This document shows positions 30,434 to 39,201 of a stretch of DNA of 64,000 nucleotides, in pieces. This stretch comes from an uncultured Actinomycetes bacterium (lineage in GTDB: Bacteria; Actinomycetota; Thermoleophilia; UBA2241), in contig CAVRZA010000001.1 in NCBI GenBank assembly GCA_963725665.1, positions 352,001 through 416,000 on the forward strand. The letters are read 5' to 3'. The translations under genes and the position numbers were made by a program. Below the pieces are notes generated by a model. That model worked only from the letters and a program-made list of their open reading frames with translations. It was not told where the DNA came from and searched no databases. Each line of letters starts with the position of its first letter. Position 1 is the first letter of the stretch.

Positions 30434-30583
30434 CTAGTAGCCGCGCGCCAGGATGCGCCGGTCGCGAGTACGCCGTGGCGTCGCGCGGCGTTCGCCCCGG
30501 CGCCGATCGCGCATGTAGTGCTCGCAGGCGACGCAGAGGGAGTTGCACAGAAGGCGCGTGTCGGTATCGGCCACGCAGATCAT
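30434..30583 (-). CDS. Candidate 49-aa Cys-rich/Arg-rich microprotein (ORF may extend to TTG 30688)
   Basis: MICVADTDTRLLCNSLCVACEHYMRDRRRGERRATPRRTRDRRILARGY; co-oriented between the response regulator and the DGC. Confidence 0.5.
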   Translation of the reverse strand: MICVADTDTRLLCNSLCVACEHYMRDRRRGERRATPRRTRDRRILARGY

Positions 30584-30780
30584 GGCCAGCCTGCCGTCTC
30601 CGTTCCTGTGTCCGTTCGCACCCATAGTCGATCGCGCGTAATCATACTTCTTCGGGCCTCGTTCTCCTGCTGTCGTCTCCTCTGACAACAGGGGATGCGT
30701 GAAACGGACGGGTGTTACGGGCGTAGTCGCAGGAGCTCCGGTCCCGGCGCCGGAGGGGCGCCGACCGGGAAGCGGGCGGT

Positions 30781-31143
30781 CTAGACGTAGCCCTCGATGA
30801 CCGAGAGAACCTGGGCGATGCGGAAAGGCTTTGTGATGTAGCCGTCGATGCCGACGTCGGTGGCGCGCTCCATGTCGGTAGCCATCGCCTTGGCCGAGAG
30901 GCCGACGATGGGGATCTCGCGCGTGGCGTCGTCGGCCTTGAGCTCGCCGACGGCCTCGTACCCGCTCATGACCGGCATCATCATGTCCATGAGGATGAGA
31001 TCGGGGTGGAACTCCTTGGCGAGGTCGACGGCCTCGCGACCGTTCGTCGCCTTGTGCACGTCCCAGCCCTGGGTCTCGAGCGACATCGAGACGATGCTTA
31101 GGATGTCGGGGTCGTCGTCCGCGACTACGATCGTGTGCGCCAT
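30781..31143 (-). CDS. Single-domain response regulator (CheY/DivK-like)
   Basis: VADDD, LILMDMMMP, SAKA, YITKP. Confidence 0.92.
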   Translation of the reverse strand: MAHTIVVADDDPDILSIVSMSLETQGWDVHKATNGREAVDLAKEFHPDLILMDMMMPVMSGYEAVGELKADDATREIPIVGLSAKAMATDMERATDVGIDGYITKPFRIAQVLSVIEGYV

Positions 31144-31157
31144 GTGCCCTTCCGCCT

Positions 31158-32999
31158 TTAGCTTATCTTGCCGGCCGCCAACGGGTCGGCCTGCTGCGTT
31201 GATATCGGCATGGTGAAGATGAAACTGGAGCCCTTGCCGAGCTTGCTCTGCACGCGGATCTCGCCGCCGTGGAGCTCCACCAGCTCCTTCACGATGGTGA
31301 GGCCGAGGCCGGTGCCGCCCTGCATGCGGCTCGCCGACGAGTCGACCTGCGTGAAACGCTGGAAGACGCGGTCGACGTCCTCCTGGCTGATGCCGATGCC
31401 GGTGTCGGTCACCCACATCTCGACGACGTCGCCCTTGGGCCGCGCCTCGACGCTCACGCTGCCGTTCTCGTGCGTGTACTTGATGGCGTTGGTGAGCAGG
31501 TTGAGCAGCACCTGTCCGAACTTGGCCGGGTCAGCCGAGACCGGTGGCAGGTCGGTGGGCAGGAAGGTGGATATCTTGATGCGCTTGTCGGCGGCGCGCG
31601 GCTTGACCACAGGGAGCACGCCGAGCAGGGCGGCACGCAGGTCGACCGGTTCGATGTTGAGCTCCAGGCGCCCGGCCTCGATCTTGGTCAGGTCCAGGAT
31701 GTCGTTGATGAGGTTCAGGAGCGCCTCGCCGTTCTTGAGGATGCTCTCGAGGAAGTTCGTCTGCTTCTCGTTCAGCTCGCCTGTCATGCCCGAGAGCATC
31801 ATGTCGCTGTAGCCGATGATCGAGGTAAGGGGCGTGCGCAGCTCGTGGCTCATGGTGGCGAGGAAGTCGCTCTTGAGCTCGTCGAGGTGCGTGAGGTCGT
31901 CGTTCATCTTGCGCAGCTCGTCGGTGAACTGGATGTTGCGCAGGGCGACGGCGAGCTGGCTGCAGAGCGGGCCCAGCGTCGCGAGCTTCTCGACGTCGAT
32001 GCTGCCGGCGTGTCGGCTGAGCAGGCAGACGCAGCCCAGGTTGCCCTCCTTCGACGCCAGCGGCGCCAGCAGGAGGTCGTGGAACCCGTCCTTCTCGATG
32101 GTCTTGATCAGCAGCGCCGCTCGGGCGCCGTCGCCGATCGAACAGACCCGGACGGCCTGGTCACTGGCCTGTTCGGCCACGCCGATCTCCTTGAGCCGCT
32201 CCACCAGCCCGTCGGTCACGGCTCCCAGCCTGCCGCGTAGCAGGTCCTCGTTCGTGCTCGCACTCCGTACGAGACAGAAGCCGTCCTGCACGTTGACGAG
32301 GTGGGCCAGCTTGGCGATGGCGGCGGGCATGAGATCCTCGACGCTGTGGTGGCGCAAGAAGACCTGGCTGATCTCTTCGATCGTCCGTAGGCGCTCGTTG
32401 CTGGCCCGCACCTTGGTGAGCTGCTCCTCGGCGTCACCCTTCGCATTCCGCAACTCCCCGTTCGTTCTCAAGAGGGCGTGGGAGAGCATGCCGGTGAGCA
32501 GCGCGATAAGGAGGAAGGCGGCTAGGCGGACGCCGAGCGTCTCTTCCGTCCAGGTCACAGGGAAGTGACTGCTGGAGATCGTCGAGTCGTTGACGAGCAC
32601 CCCGGCGCGTTGCAGCGCCCACGTCGCGACGTACAGGCCGCTGCAGGCTGCCGCGGAGACGTAAGCCGCCCACGGCGGCAGAAGCAGGCTGGCGGAGATG
32701 ATGGGCCAGAGGTAGAAGATGGCCACCGAGCTCAAGACCCCACCGGTGTACACGACGCCGGCCGTCACGAGGATGGTGTCGAGCACCACCATGGCGACGG
32801 CGACGCGGGATGCGTAGCCGCGGCGGATGAGGAACAGAAACGGGGCGTTGGCGACCCCGAACACGGCCAGGATGATCACCATCGCCACGGGCACGGCACT
32901 CTTCTCGAGGAACGAGAAGACCACCGCGGCGACGAACGCGGCCAGGCCCAGGATGATCCTCGCCGTCAGGACCTCGTTGAGCTGTCTGCGGACTTCCAA
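31158..32999 (-). CDS. Membrane sensor histidine kinase with GAF-like domain
   Basis: About six TMs; H-box [10 protein letters not shown]-box [10 protein letters not shown]-boxes DTGIGI and GGTGLGL. Confidence 0.92.
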   Translation of the reverse strand: MEVRRQLNEVLTARIILGLAAFVAAVVFSFLEKSAVPVAMVIILAVFGVANAPFLFLIRRGYASRVAVAMVVLDTILVTAGVVYTGGVLSSVAIFYLWPIISASLLLPPWAAYVSAAACSGLYVATWALQRAGVLVNDSTISSSHFPVTWTEETLGVRLAAFLLIALLTGMLSHALLRTNGELRNAKGDAEEQLTKVRASNERLRTIEEISQVFLRHHSVEDLMPAAIAKLAHLVNVQDGFCLVRSASTNEDLLRGRLGAVTDGLVERLKEIGVAEQASDQAVRVCSIGDGARAALLIKTIEKDGFHDLLLAPLASKEGNLGCVCLLSRHAGSIDVEKLATLGPLCSQLAVALRNIQFTDELRKMNDDLTHLDELKSDFLATMSHELRTPLTSIIGYSDMMLSGMTGELNEKQTNFLESILKNGEALLNLINDILDLTKIEAGRLELNIEPVDLRAALLGVLPVVKPRAADKRIKISTFLPTDLPPVSADPAKFGQVLLNLLTNAIKYTHENGSVSVEARPKGDVVEMWVTDTGIGISQEDVDRVFQRFTQVDSSASRMQGGTGLGLTIVKELVELHGGEIRVQSKLGKGSSFIFTMPISTQQADPLAAGKIS

Positions 33000-33246
33000 A
33001 CGGTCGCCTCTCGTCGGCCGAGTACCAGGCTCGTGTAACCTATTTCGGCACCACGGGGTTAGGGTTTAGCGAAACCTGGGGCGGCGGTGACGGTCTGCTG
33101 CGTGCCGGCCGGGAGTCGTTGGCGGGAGGATCCGGTGCGAGAGAGGGAACGGCAGGAGAAGGCCGCATGGCGGAGAAGGGAAGACCCGCCTCGCGCCGTC
33201 GCGGGCTGCGTGAGGCGTTCTTGTCCGTGAGGAGCTGCCGCACCTG

Positions 33247-34617
33247 ATGTCCATCCCGCGCCTCATCGTCGCCGGCGTCGAGCCGGGTCCGGCCGTCGAC
33301 CTGGTCGCCGGCGCGCTGCTCGTCGGCCTCGGCGAGCAGCGCGCCGTGCGCCCCGTGCTCGTCGGCCTCGACATGTCGCTCTGGCGGCTCGTCTACGATC
33401 TCTCGTCGCGTTCGCCGCGCGCCATCGACCCCGTGCTCTTCTCGCGTGACGCCACGCTCGAGCTCTACGACCGCTGGGCCGGCGATATGGACCTGGTCAT
33501 GTTCATCGCGGCCCGACCCCTCCTTGAGGCCTGGGAAGGGGTCGAGGGCTCCCGCCCCTGTGAGCTTGCCGCGCGGCTCGACGTCCCCGTGGTCCTCGCC
33601 CTCGATGCGCGTGAGCGAGGTGCCAGCGCCGCCGCCGCCGTCTACGGCTCCAAGCTGCTCGCGGGCAAGGTCGACATCGGCGGCATCGTGCTCGTCGGCG
33701 CCGACGACTCGCCGGCATGTCAGGAGCTGGGTGAGGTGCTGCGCCGCGAGGTGAGGCTGCCGCTGCTGGGCAGCGTGCCGCCGCAGCTCACCGAGCAGTT
33801 CATGCGCCAGCACGCCAGCAGTGGGCGCATGCGCACCGTCGGACCGGGTCCGGCGCGCGAGGGCGCGGGCCATCTCTGCGCGGAGGCCGCCGGCTACCTC
33901 GACGTCGACGCCGTCGTGGCCTTGGCCGCCCAGCGAGGCTACCTGCCGGCGCCGCCCCGCCGTCTGCTGGCGGCGCAGCCCAACGCCGGCGGCCTCGCCG
34001 TCGCCGTCGCCTGGGGACCCCCCCTACAGCCTCTCGCGCTCGAGAACGTCGACCTCCTCCAGGCGGCGGGCGTGCGCCTCGTGCCGCTGAACCTGGCGCG
34101 CGACACCGAGATGCCGTCCGACGTCGACGGGCTTCTGTTGCTTGGCCAGCTCGACGAGGGCAGCGTGCAGCCCTTCGCCGAGAACGGCGCGCTCATAGGC
34201 GAACTGCGCGCCGCCGTCGACGAGGGTCTGCCGACCCTCGCCATGGGCGGCGGCGCCCTGTTGCTCCTGCAGCGCTTGGCCGACAGCCGGGGGCGCGGCT
34301 ACGAGCTGCTCGGCCTCGCCCCCGCCGAGGCTGAGCTCATCGAGTCCTACGACAGGCCGCACTACGTCGACGTCTCGGCCACGAGGCAGAACCCCTACGA
34401 CGAGGGGCGGCAGACGATGGTGGAGCTGTTCGACCTCGAGTTCTCGCTCCTCGAGCAGGGCGATTTCGCCTACGAGGTCGAGACCCCGGCCGGCGTGCGT
34501 GCGGAGGGCTTCGTGGTCAAGCGCTGTCTGGCTACGACGCTCTACGGCAGCTTCGTCGCCGACCCGCAGTTCGCAGGCCGGTTCGTCTCGGTCATGCAGC
34601 TCCTGCGGGCGCGCTAG
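33247..34617 (+). CDS. CobB/CbiA (cobyrinate a,c-diamide synthase)-fold protein with degenerate catalytic motifs
   Basis: Scaffold matches CobB (PRLIVAG, ELAARLDVPVVLALDAR, SAAAAVYG, ENVDLLQAAG, DGLLLLG, ELRAAVDEGLP). P-loop GKT and glutaminase ECGG are absent. Confidence 0.7.
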   Translation: MSIPRLIVAGVEPGPAVDLVAGALLVGLGEQRAVRPVLVGLDMSLWRLVYDLSSRSPRAIDPVLFSRDATLELYDRWAGDMDLVMFIAARPLLEAWEGVEGSRPCELAARLDVPVVLALDARERGASAAAAVYGSKLLAGKVDIGGIVLVGADDSPACQELGEVLRREVRLPLLGSVPPQLTEQFMRQHASSGRMRTVGPGPAREGAGHLCAEAAGYLDVDAVVALAAQRGYLPAPPRRLLAAQPNAGGLAVAVAWGPPLQPLALENVDLLQAAGVRLVPLNLARDTEMPSDVDGLLLLGQLDEGSVQPFAENGALIGELRAAVDEGLPTLAMGGGALLLLQRLADSRGRGYELLGLAPAEAELIESYDRPHYVDVSATRQNPYDEGRQTMVELFDLEFSLLEQGDFAYEVETPAGVRAEGFVVKRCLATTLYGSFVADPQFAGRFVSVMQLLRAR

Positions 34618-34654
34618 AAGGGGCTCGGCCGACTCTCATGTACACTCGGCTGCC

Positions 34655-35752
34655 ATGAGACCGCAAAGGCTCGCCCCCGAGGTCTTCGCGCTGCCCGTCG
34701 AACGCATGCGCGAAGGCTACTACTCCGACGCCTACTTCAACTTCTCCAAGGCCGTCCTCGAGCACAACAACCACCACCCGCGCGTCCTCATGCAGGTATT
34801 CCAGAAGCACGAGCGCGCCGTCCTGGGGGGCATGGACGAGGCGCTCGCCATACTCAAGCTGTGCTCGGGACGGCACATGGGGCGCCGCGGCCGCCGCGAG
34901 TGGGTCGACGGCTGGGGGGAGCTGACGGTGCGGGCGCTCTACGACGGCGACGAGATCGAGCCTCTCGAGACGGTCATGACGATCGAGGGCGACTACAGCC
35001 TGTTCTGCAACCTCGAGACCGTGTTCTTGGGCGCCCTCACGCGGCGCACGCTGATCTCGACCAACGTGCGCCGCGTCGTCGCGGCCGCGGCAGGCAAGCC
35101 GATCCTCTTCTTTCCGGCGCGATTCGATCACTACAGGGTGCAGGCCGGCGACGGCTACGCGGCGCACATCGCCGGCGCCATCGGTGTGTCGACCGACGAG
35201 CAGGCGTCGTGGTGGGGCGGCAAGGGCGGCGGGACGGTGCCTCACGGTCTGATCGCGGCCTACGCCGGCGACACGGTCGAGGCGGCGAGGCGCTTCGCCG
35301 ACCTGTACTACCCCGACGTCAACGTCGTGGCCCTGGTCGACTTCGACAACGACTGCGTGGTCACGTCGCTCGCGGTGGCGCGCGCGCTGGGGGAGCGACT
35401 CTGGGGCGTGCGCCTCGACACCGCCGAGACGATGGTCGACAAGGCGCTCTGGTACAGGATGGGGCAGTTCAATCCGACGGGTGTGGCGCCGGAGCTCGTC
35501 TGGGAGGTCCGGCGGGCCCTCGACGGCGAAGGGTTCACGCACGTCAAGATCGTAGTGAGCGGCGGCTTCGACGCCGAGCGTATCCGTGCCTTCGAGAAGC
35601 TGGGTGTGCCCGCCGACGCCTACGGTGTGGGCAGCAGCCTGCTGCGCGGAAAGACCGACTTCACGGCCGACGCGGTGATGCTCGACGGCGAGCCGTGCGC
35701 CAAGGAGGGTCGCATCTACCGGCCCAACCAGCGCCTCGAGCTCGTTCGCTGA
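34655..35752 (+). CDS. Nicotinate phosphoribosyltransferase family protein
   Basis: YSDAYF, FFPARFDH, GTVPHGLI, LVDFDND, GVRLDT, IVVSGGF, YGVGS; TACACT 8 nt upstream of ATG. Confidence 0.85.
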   Translation: MRPQRLAPEVFALPVERMREGYYSDAYFNFSKAVLEHNNHHPRVLMQVFQKHERAVLGGMDEALAILKLCSGRHMGRRGRREWVDGWGELTVRALYDGDEIEPLETVMTIEGDYSLFCNLETVFLGALTRRTLISTNVRRVVAAAAGKPILFFPARFDHYRVQAGDGYAAHIAGAIGVSTDEQASWWGGKGGGTVPHGLIAAYAGDTVEAARRFADLYYPDVNVVALVDFDNDCVVTSLAVARALGERLWGVRLDTAETMVDKALWYRMGQFNPTGVAPELVWEVRRALDGEGFTHVKIVVSGGFDAERIRAFEKLGVPADAYGVGSSLLRGKTDFTADAVMLDGEPCAKEGRIYRPNQRLELVR

Positions 35753-35834
35753 CGGGACGGCGCCTCGCCTTCGCACCTCGGGTGGACGTGCCGTCGACGC
35801 CCGGCCGGTGAGCGGCGTCGGCGACGTAGCGCCG

Positions 35835-36452
35835 TCAGTCCTGGCCGGAGTCCGAGCTCGACGTGCGTCCCTCCATCAGGTCGACGAAGTTCTGCGCCTG
35901 CTTGCCGAGCTTCGACGTGGGGTCGATGGTCGCCGTCTTCTGCCACTCCGCCTTGGCCTGCTCCATGCGCCCCTGTGAGAAGTAGATGATGGCCAGGTCG
36001 TAGTGGGCCTCCTGGAACTTGGGACGCTTCTTCAGCACCCCTTGGATGAGCGACTTCGCTTTGGCGTCGTTGCCGCCGGCGTGGTCGACCATTGCGAGCT
36101 GCACGGTGGCGCCGGGGTCGCCGGGACGCAGACGCAAGGCGCGCACGAACAGCGCTTCGGCCTTGTCGTACTGCTCGCTCATGAAGTACGCCGTGCCCAG
36201 CGCTGTGATCGTCTGCGTGTCGGACGGGTTCTTGTCGAGCTTCGCTTTGAGGGCGGCGATCATCTGGGAGTAGTCAGGGGCCGCCGAGCTGCTCGGGGCG
36301 ATGGAGGGATGGCCCGGAGGGAGAGACGTCGCGTTCGCTGCCGGCTGAGTCGGCGCAGCCGAGCCGGAGTGGTTGGCGGAGCCCACGAAGACGATCACGG
36401 CGGCCACGACGATGGCGCCGGCGATCAAAAGGAGAGCGTAGTTCTTCCTCAA
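35835..36452 (-). CDS. Membrane-anchored TPR protein with LPPGHP motif (CcmI/CycH-like)
   Basis: N-terminal TM, LPPGHP, three TPR-like repeats; RBS AGGAAGGA before TTG 36452. Confidence 0.75.
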   Translation of the reverse strand: MRKNYALLLIAGAIVVAAVIVFVGSANHSGSAAPTQPAANATSLPPGHPSIAPSSSAAPDYSQMIAALKAKLDKNPSDTQTITALGTAYFMSEQYDKAEALFVRALRLRPGDPGATVQLAMVDHAGGNDAKAKSLIQGVLKKRPKFQEAHYDLAIIYFSQGRMEQAKAEWQKTATIDPTSKLGKQAQNFVDLMEGRTSSSDSGQD

Positions 36453-36572
36453 GCGGCGTCCTTCCTCATGAGCTTTGGATCGGGTGGGCGAGCCCAAGTA
36501 TAGCATCGCCGCGCTCAGCGGCCGCGCGCGCCGGGACGCGACGCAGGATCTTGGGCCTCACGCCCGCCCCCG

Positions 36573-36599
36573 CTTAACAGAGCTTAACTGCGTCTTAAC
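36573..36599. promoter_or_regulatory. Three phased CTTAAC direct repeats (candidate OmpR/PhoB-type binding site)
   Basis: CTTAAC at 36573, 36583 and 36594 in a divergent intergenic region. Confidence 0.5.
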
Positions 36600-36730
36600 A
36601 CCAGTGACGGTGGGGGCGCGGCGGCGCGCGTCCTGCTGCGCCCTTTAGCGCGCTGTTGACGCGCGCCGCCGCGCCCCCGTACACTCTATTTCGGACAGGA
36701 ACACTCCTCATCCTCTTCGATCCGGAGGCC

Positions 36731-37150
36731 ATGGGACTGCAGCTGACACGTGGGGGAGAATACGCCGTGAGGGCCATGATGTACCTTGGCCGCCACCCGG
36801 TCGGCCACGTGTCTTCGCTGCACGACATCTGCCGCGAACAGGACGTGCCCGAGAGCTTTCTGGCGAAGATCTTCCAGAGCCTGACGCGCGCCGGCCTCGT
36901 GACCTCCCACCGTGGCGCGCACGGCGGCTTCTCATTGGCGCGGGCGGCCGACGGGATCTCCGTCCGCGACGTCGTCGAGGCCATCGACGGCCCTATCTCG
37001 CTCAACGCCTGCGTCCTCTGGCCCGAGGAGTGCCGTCGCAGCTCCGGCTGCCCCATGCACGCCGTCTGGGAGCGCGCCCAGGAGCGCATGATGAGCGTCC
37101 TCGACGACGTCACCGTCGACGAGCTCGTCGCCCCCGTCCCCGTCGCCTGA
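36731..37150 (+). CDS. Rrf2 family Fe-S transcriptional regulator
   Basis: EYAVRAM, FLAKIFQSL, SHRGAHGGFSLAR, three Cys plus His (ACVLWPEECRRSSGCPMH). Confidence 0.92.
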   Translation: MGLQLTRGGEYAVRAMMYLGRHPVGHVSSLHDICREQDVPESFLAKIFQSLTRAGLVTSHRGAHGGFSLARAADGISVRDVVEAIDGPISLNACVLWPEECRRSSGCPMHAVWERAQERMMSVLDDVTVDELVAPVPVA

Positions 37151-37170
37151 CCCCTTCGCGCGGTCGTCCC

Positions 37171-38154
37171 TTAGACGGCACCGTCCTCGTACCCGAACGG
37201 GTGCGTCTGGAGCCACGCCCACGCGTCGGCGACGGCCTGCTCCAGCCCGAGACGGGGTCGCCAGCCCAGAAGGTCGCCGGCACGGGCGTTGGAGGCGACG
37301 AGGACGGGCGGGTCACCGGGGCGCCGGTCGGCGACCTCGTAACGGGTCGGCCGGCCGGTGACGCGCTCCACCGCACCCAGGACGACGAGGACGGAATCGC
37401 CGGCGCCGGTCCCCAGGTTGACGGCCACGTTGAGAGGAGGCGCGTGCAGGGCCGCGATGTGCGCGTCGGCGAGGTCGACCACGTGCACGTAGTCGCGCAC
37501 GCAGGTGCCGTCGGGCGTCGGGTAGTCGTCGCCGAAGACCTGCAGCGCGGCGCCGTCGCGCGCCGCGCGCAGCGCGATGGGGACCAGGTGGGTCTCGGGG
37601 TCGTGGTCCTCGCCGTAGCCGCGGTCGGCGCCGCAGGCGTTGAAGTAGCGCAAGGCGATGAACGAGAGGCGGCCGCCACTGGTGGCGGCCGCCTCTCGCA
37701 GTACCGCCTCGGCGGCGAGCTTGGTCTCGCCGTAGGGGTTGGTCGGCGCGGTCGCATCGTCTTCATCTATGGGTACCCGGCGCGGCGCGCCGTACACGGC
37801 CGCCGTCGACGAGAAGACCACCCGCTCGACGCCGGTGCCGAGGGCGGCTTCGACCAGCGCCCTTGTCCCTCGAAGGTTGACGTCTGTGTAGCGTTCCGGC
37901 TGCATGACCGACTCCGCTACTTCGGCCAGGGCGGCCATGTGCACGACGGCCCGGCATCCGGCGGCGGCGAGCACGTCGCGCAGGCGCCCGGCGTCGCGCA
38001 CGTCGCCCTCAGCGAACAGGGCCTCTTGTGGGACGGCGGCGCGGTGGCCGCGTGAGAGATCGTCGTAGACCGTCACGTCGTGGCCGGCGGCGGCCAGGCG
38101 GGCGGCGATCACGCTGCCGACATACCCGGCGCCGCCTGTCACGAGGACCTTCAC
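37171..38154 (-). CDS. galE: UDP-glucose 4-epimerase
   Basis: VLVTGGAGYVGS, FSSTAAVYG, YGETK, LRYFNACGA, DGTCVRDYVHV. Confidence 0.92.
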   Translation of the reverse strand: MKVLVTGGAGYVGSVIAARLAAAGHDVTVYDDLSRGHRAAVPQEALFAEGDVRDAGRLRDVLAAAGCRAVVHMAALAEVAESVMQPERYTDVNLRGTRALVEAALGTGVERVVFSSTAAVYGAPRRVPIDEDDATAPTNPYGETKLAAEAVLREAAATSGGRLSFIALRYFNACGADRGYGEDHDPETHLVPIALRAARDGAALQVFGDDYPTPDGTCVRDYVHVVDLADAHIAALHAPPLNVAVNLGTGAGDSVLVVLGAVERVTGRPTRYEVADRRPGDPPVLVASNARAGDLLGWRPRLGLEQAVADAWAWLQTHPFGYEDGAV

Positions 38155-38206
38155 AGCGTCGATGCTATCAGGGTGGCCGGCGGTGAGAGAACCGCGGCGC
38201 AAGCTC

Positions 38207-38224
38207 GCGGCGCGACCGCGCCGC
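38207..38224 (-). promoter_or_regulatory. Candidate bacterial SECIS hairpin
   Basis: On the minus strand, 12 nt after the UGA at 38239-38237: GCGGCGC-GGUC-GCGCCGC. Confidence 0.5.
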
Positions 38225-38230
38225 CTGTCG

Positions 38231-38437
38231 TCATCCTCAGCGGAAGGCCGGGCTGGGGCTCGGCCCGCAGGTCGAGCCCGAAGACGTCGACCCGGTACGC
38301 AGAAAGCTCGTGAACTTCTGCCGCACGGCGCTCGAGCCGCACTCCGGGCAGCGCTTCTCGTCGTCCTTGATGAGGCCCTGGACGTAGAGCTCGAAGGTGC
38401 CGCCGCAATCCATGCACACGAAGTCGTACAATGCCAT
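38231..38437 (-). CDS. FmdB family zinc-ribbon protein; ends at 38237, or at 38231 if the first TGA is selenocysteine
   Basis: MALYDFVCMDCG..FE...CPECGS; tail STCGPSPSPAFR then TGA-GGA-TGA. Confidence 0.85.
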
Positions 38438-38471
38438 GACGCCTCTCCGGGTCCGAGTCGTTGCTTCACGG

Positions 38472-38490
38472 ATACCCCCGGGGGTGGCAT
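38472..38490. promoter_or_regulatory. Candidate CsoR/RcnR-family operator
   Basis: ATACCCCCGGGGGTGGCAT, with a perfect 12-bp palindrome ACCCCCGGGGGT at 38474-38485. Confidence 0.45.
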
Positions 38491-38654
38491 ACCAGGGGGC
38501 GTCGGCGGAGCAAACGCCCGCCTCTGGACGTGCCCGGAGCGATCAGTCGTGCGCCGACTGACCTGCGTCGACGCTGAGGATCGTGGGTCCGGAAACGAAC
38601 GGAGCGCACTCTCCCCGAGGATATGCGGACGGCCCGCTGACGAAGAAGGAGCCT

Positions 38655-39176
38655 GTGGACGGCAAGAAGATCTCGATCATCGTCGCCGCTGGGATCGTCG
38701 CTGTGGCGGCTGTCTGGCTTGCGGCGGCGCAGCCTTGGGCGAGCGGGGCGAGCGCGGGAGCGACCGGGTCGACGGACGGTCAACGGCTTGAGATCGTCGG
38801 TCAAACCCTTGACGGCGCCAGTTTCGACTCGGCAAGCTACGCCGGGCGTCCGGTCGTGGTCAACTTCTTCGCCTCGTGGTGCCCACCGTGCAACAGCGAG
38901 GCTCCCGACCTCGCCGCCTTCGCCAAGGCGCATCCCGAGGTGGCATTCGTCGGGGTCGACGTGAACGACAAGCTGGTGGACGCCAAGGGGTTCGTGGCCA
39001 AATACGGCTTGCCCTTCACGGTCGTCCATGACGCGCAGGGCCAGATCGGGCAGCGCTACGGGGTCGACGGCATCCCCACGACGATGTTCTTCGACAAGAA
39101 CGGCAGGCAGGTCGACGTCGTCGTGGGCGCTACCGACAGGGCGGGGTTCGAGGAGAGGCTCAAGGCGGCGCTCTAG
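38655..39176 (+). CDS. TlpA/ResA family membrane-anchored thioredoxin
   Basis: N-terminal TM; VVNFFASWCPPC; GIPTT. Confidence 0.9.
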   Translation: MDGKKISIIVAAGIVAVAAVWLAAAQPWASGASAGATGSTDGQRLEIVGQTLDGASFDSASYAGRPVVVNFFASWCPPCNSEAPDLAAFAKAHPEVAFVGVDVNDKLVDAKGFVAKYGLPFTVVHDAQGQIGQRYGVDGIPTTMFFDKNGRQVDVVVGATDRAGFEERLKAAL

Positions 39177-39201
39177 CGCCGTCCGTCGCCCAGAAGCAGC
39201 C

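Noticed and set aside
36688-36712. Rrf2 autoregulatory site upstream of the Rrf2 gene
   Set aside because: AT-rich and plausibly placed, but the dyad symmetry is too weak to call.
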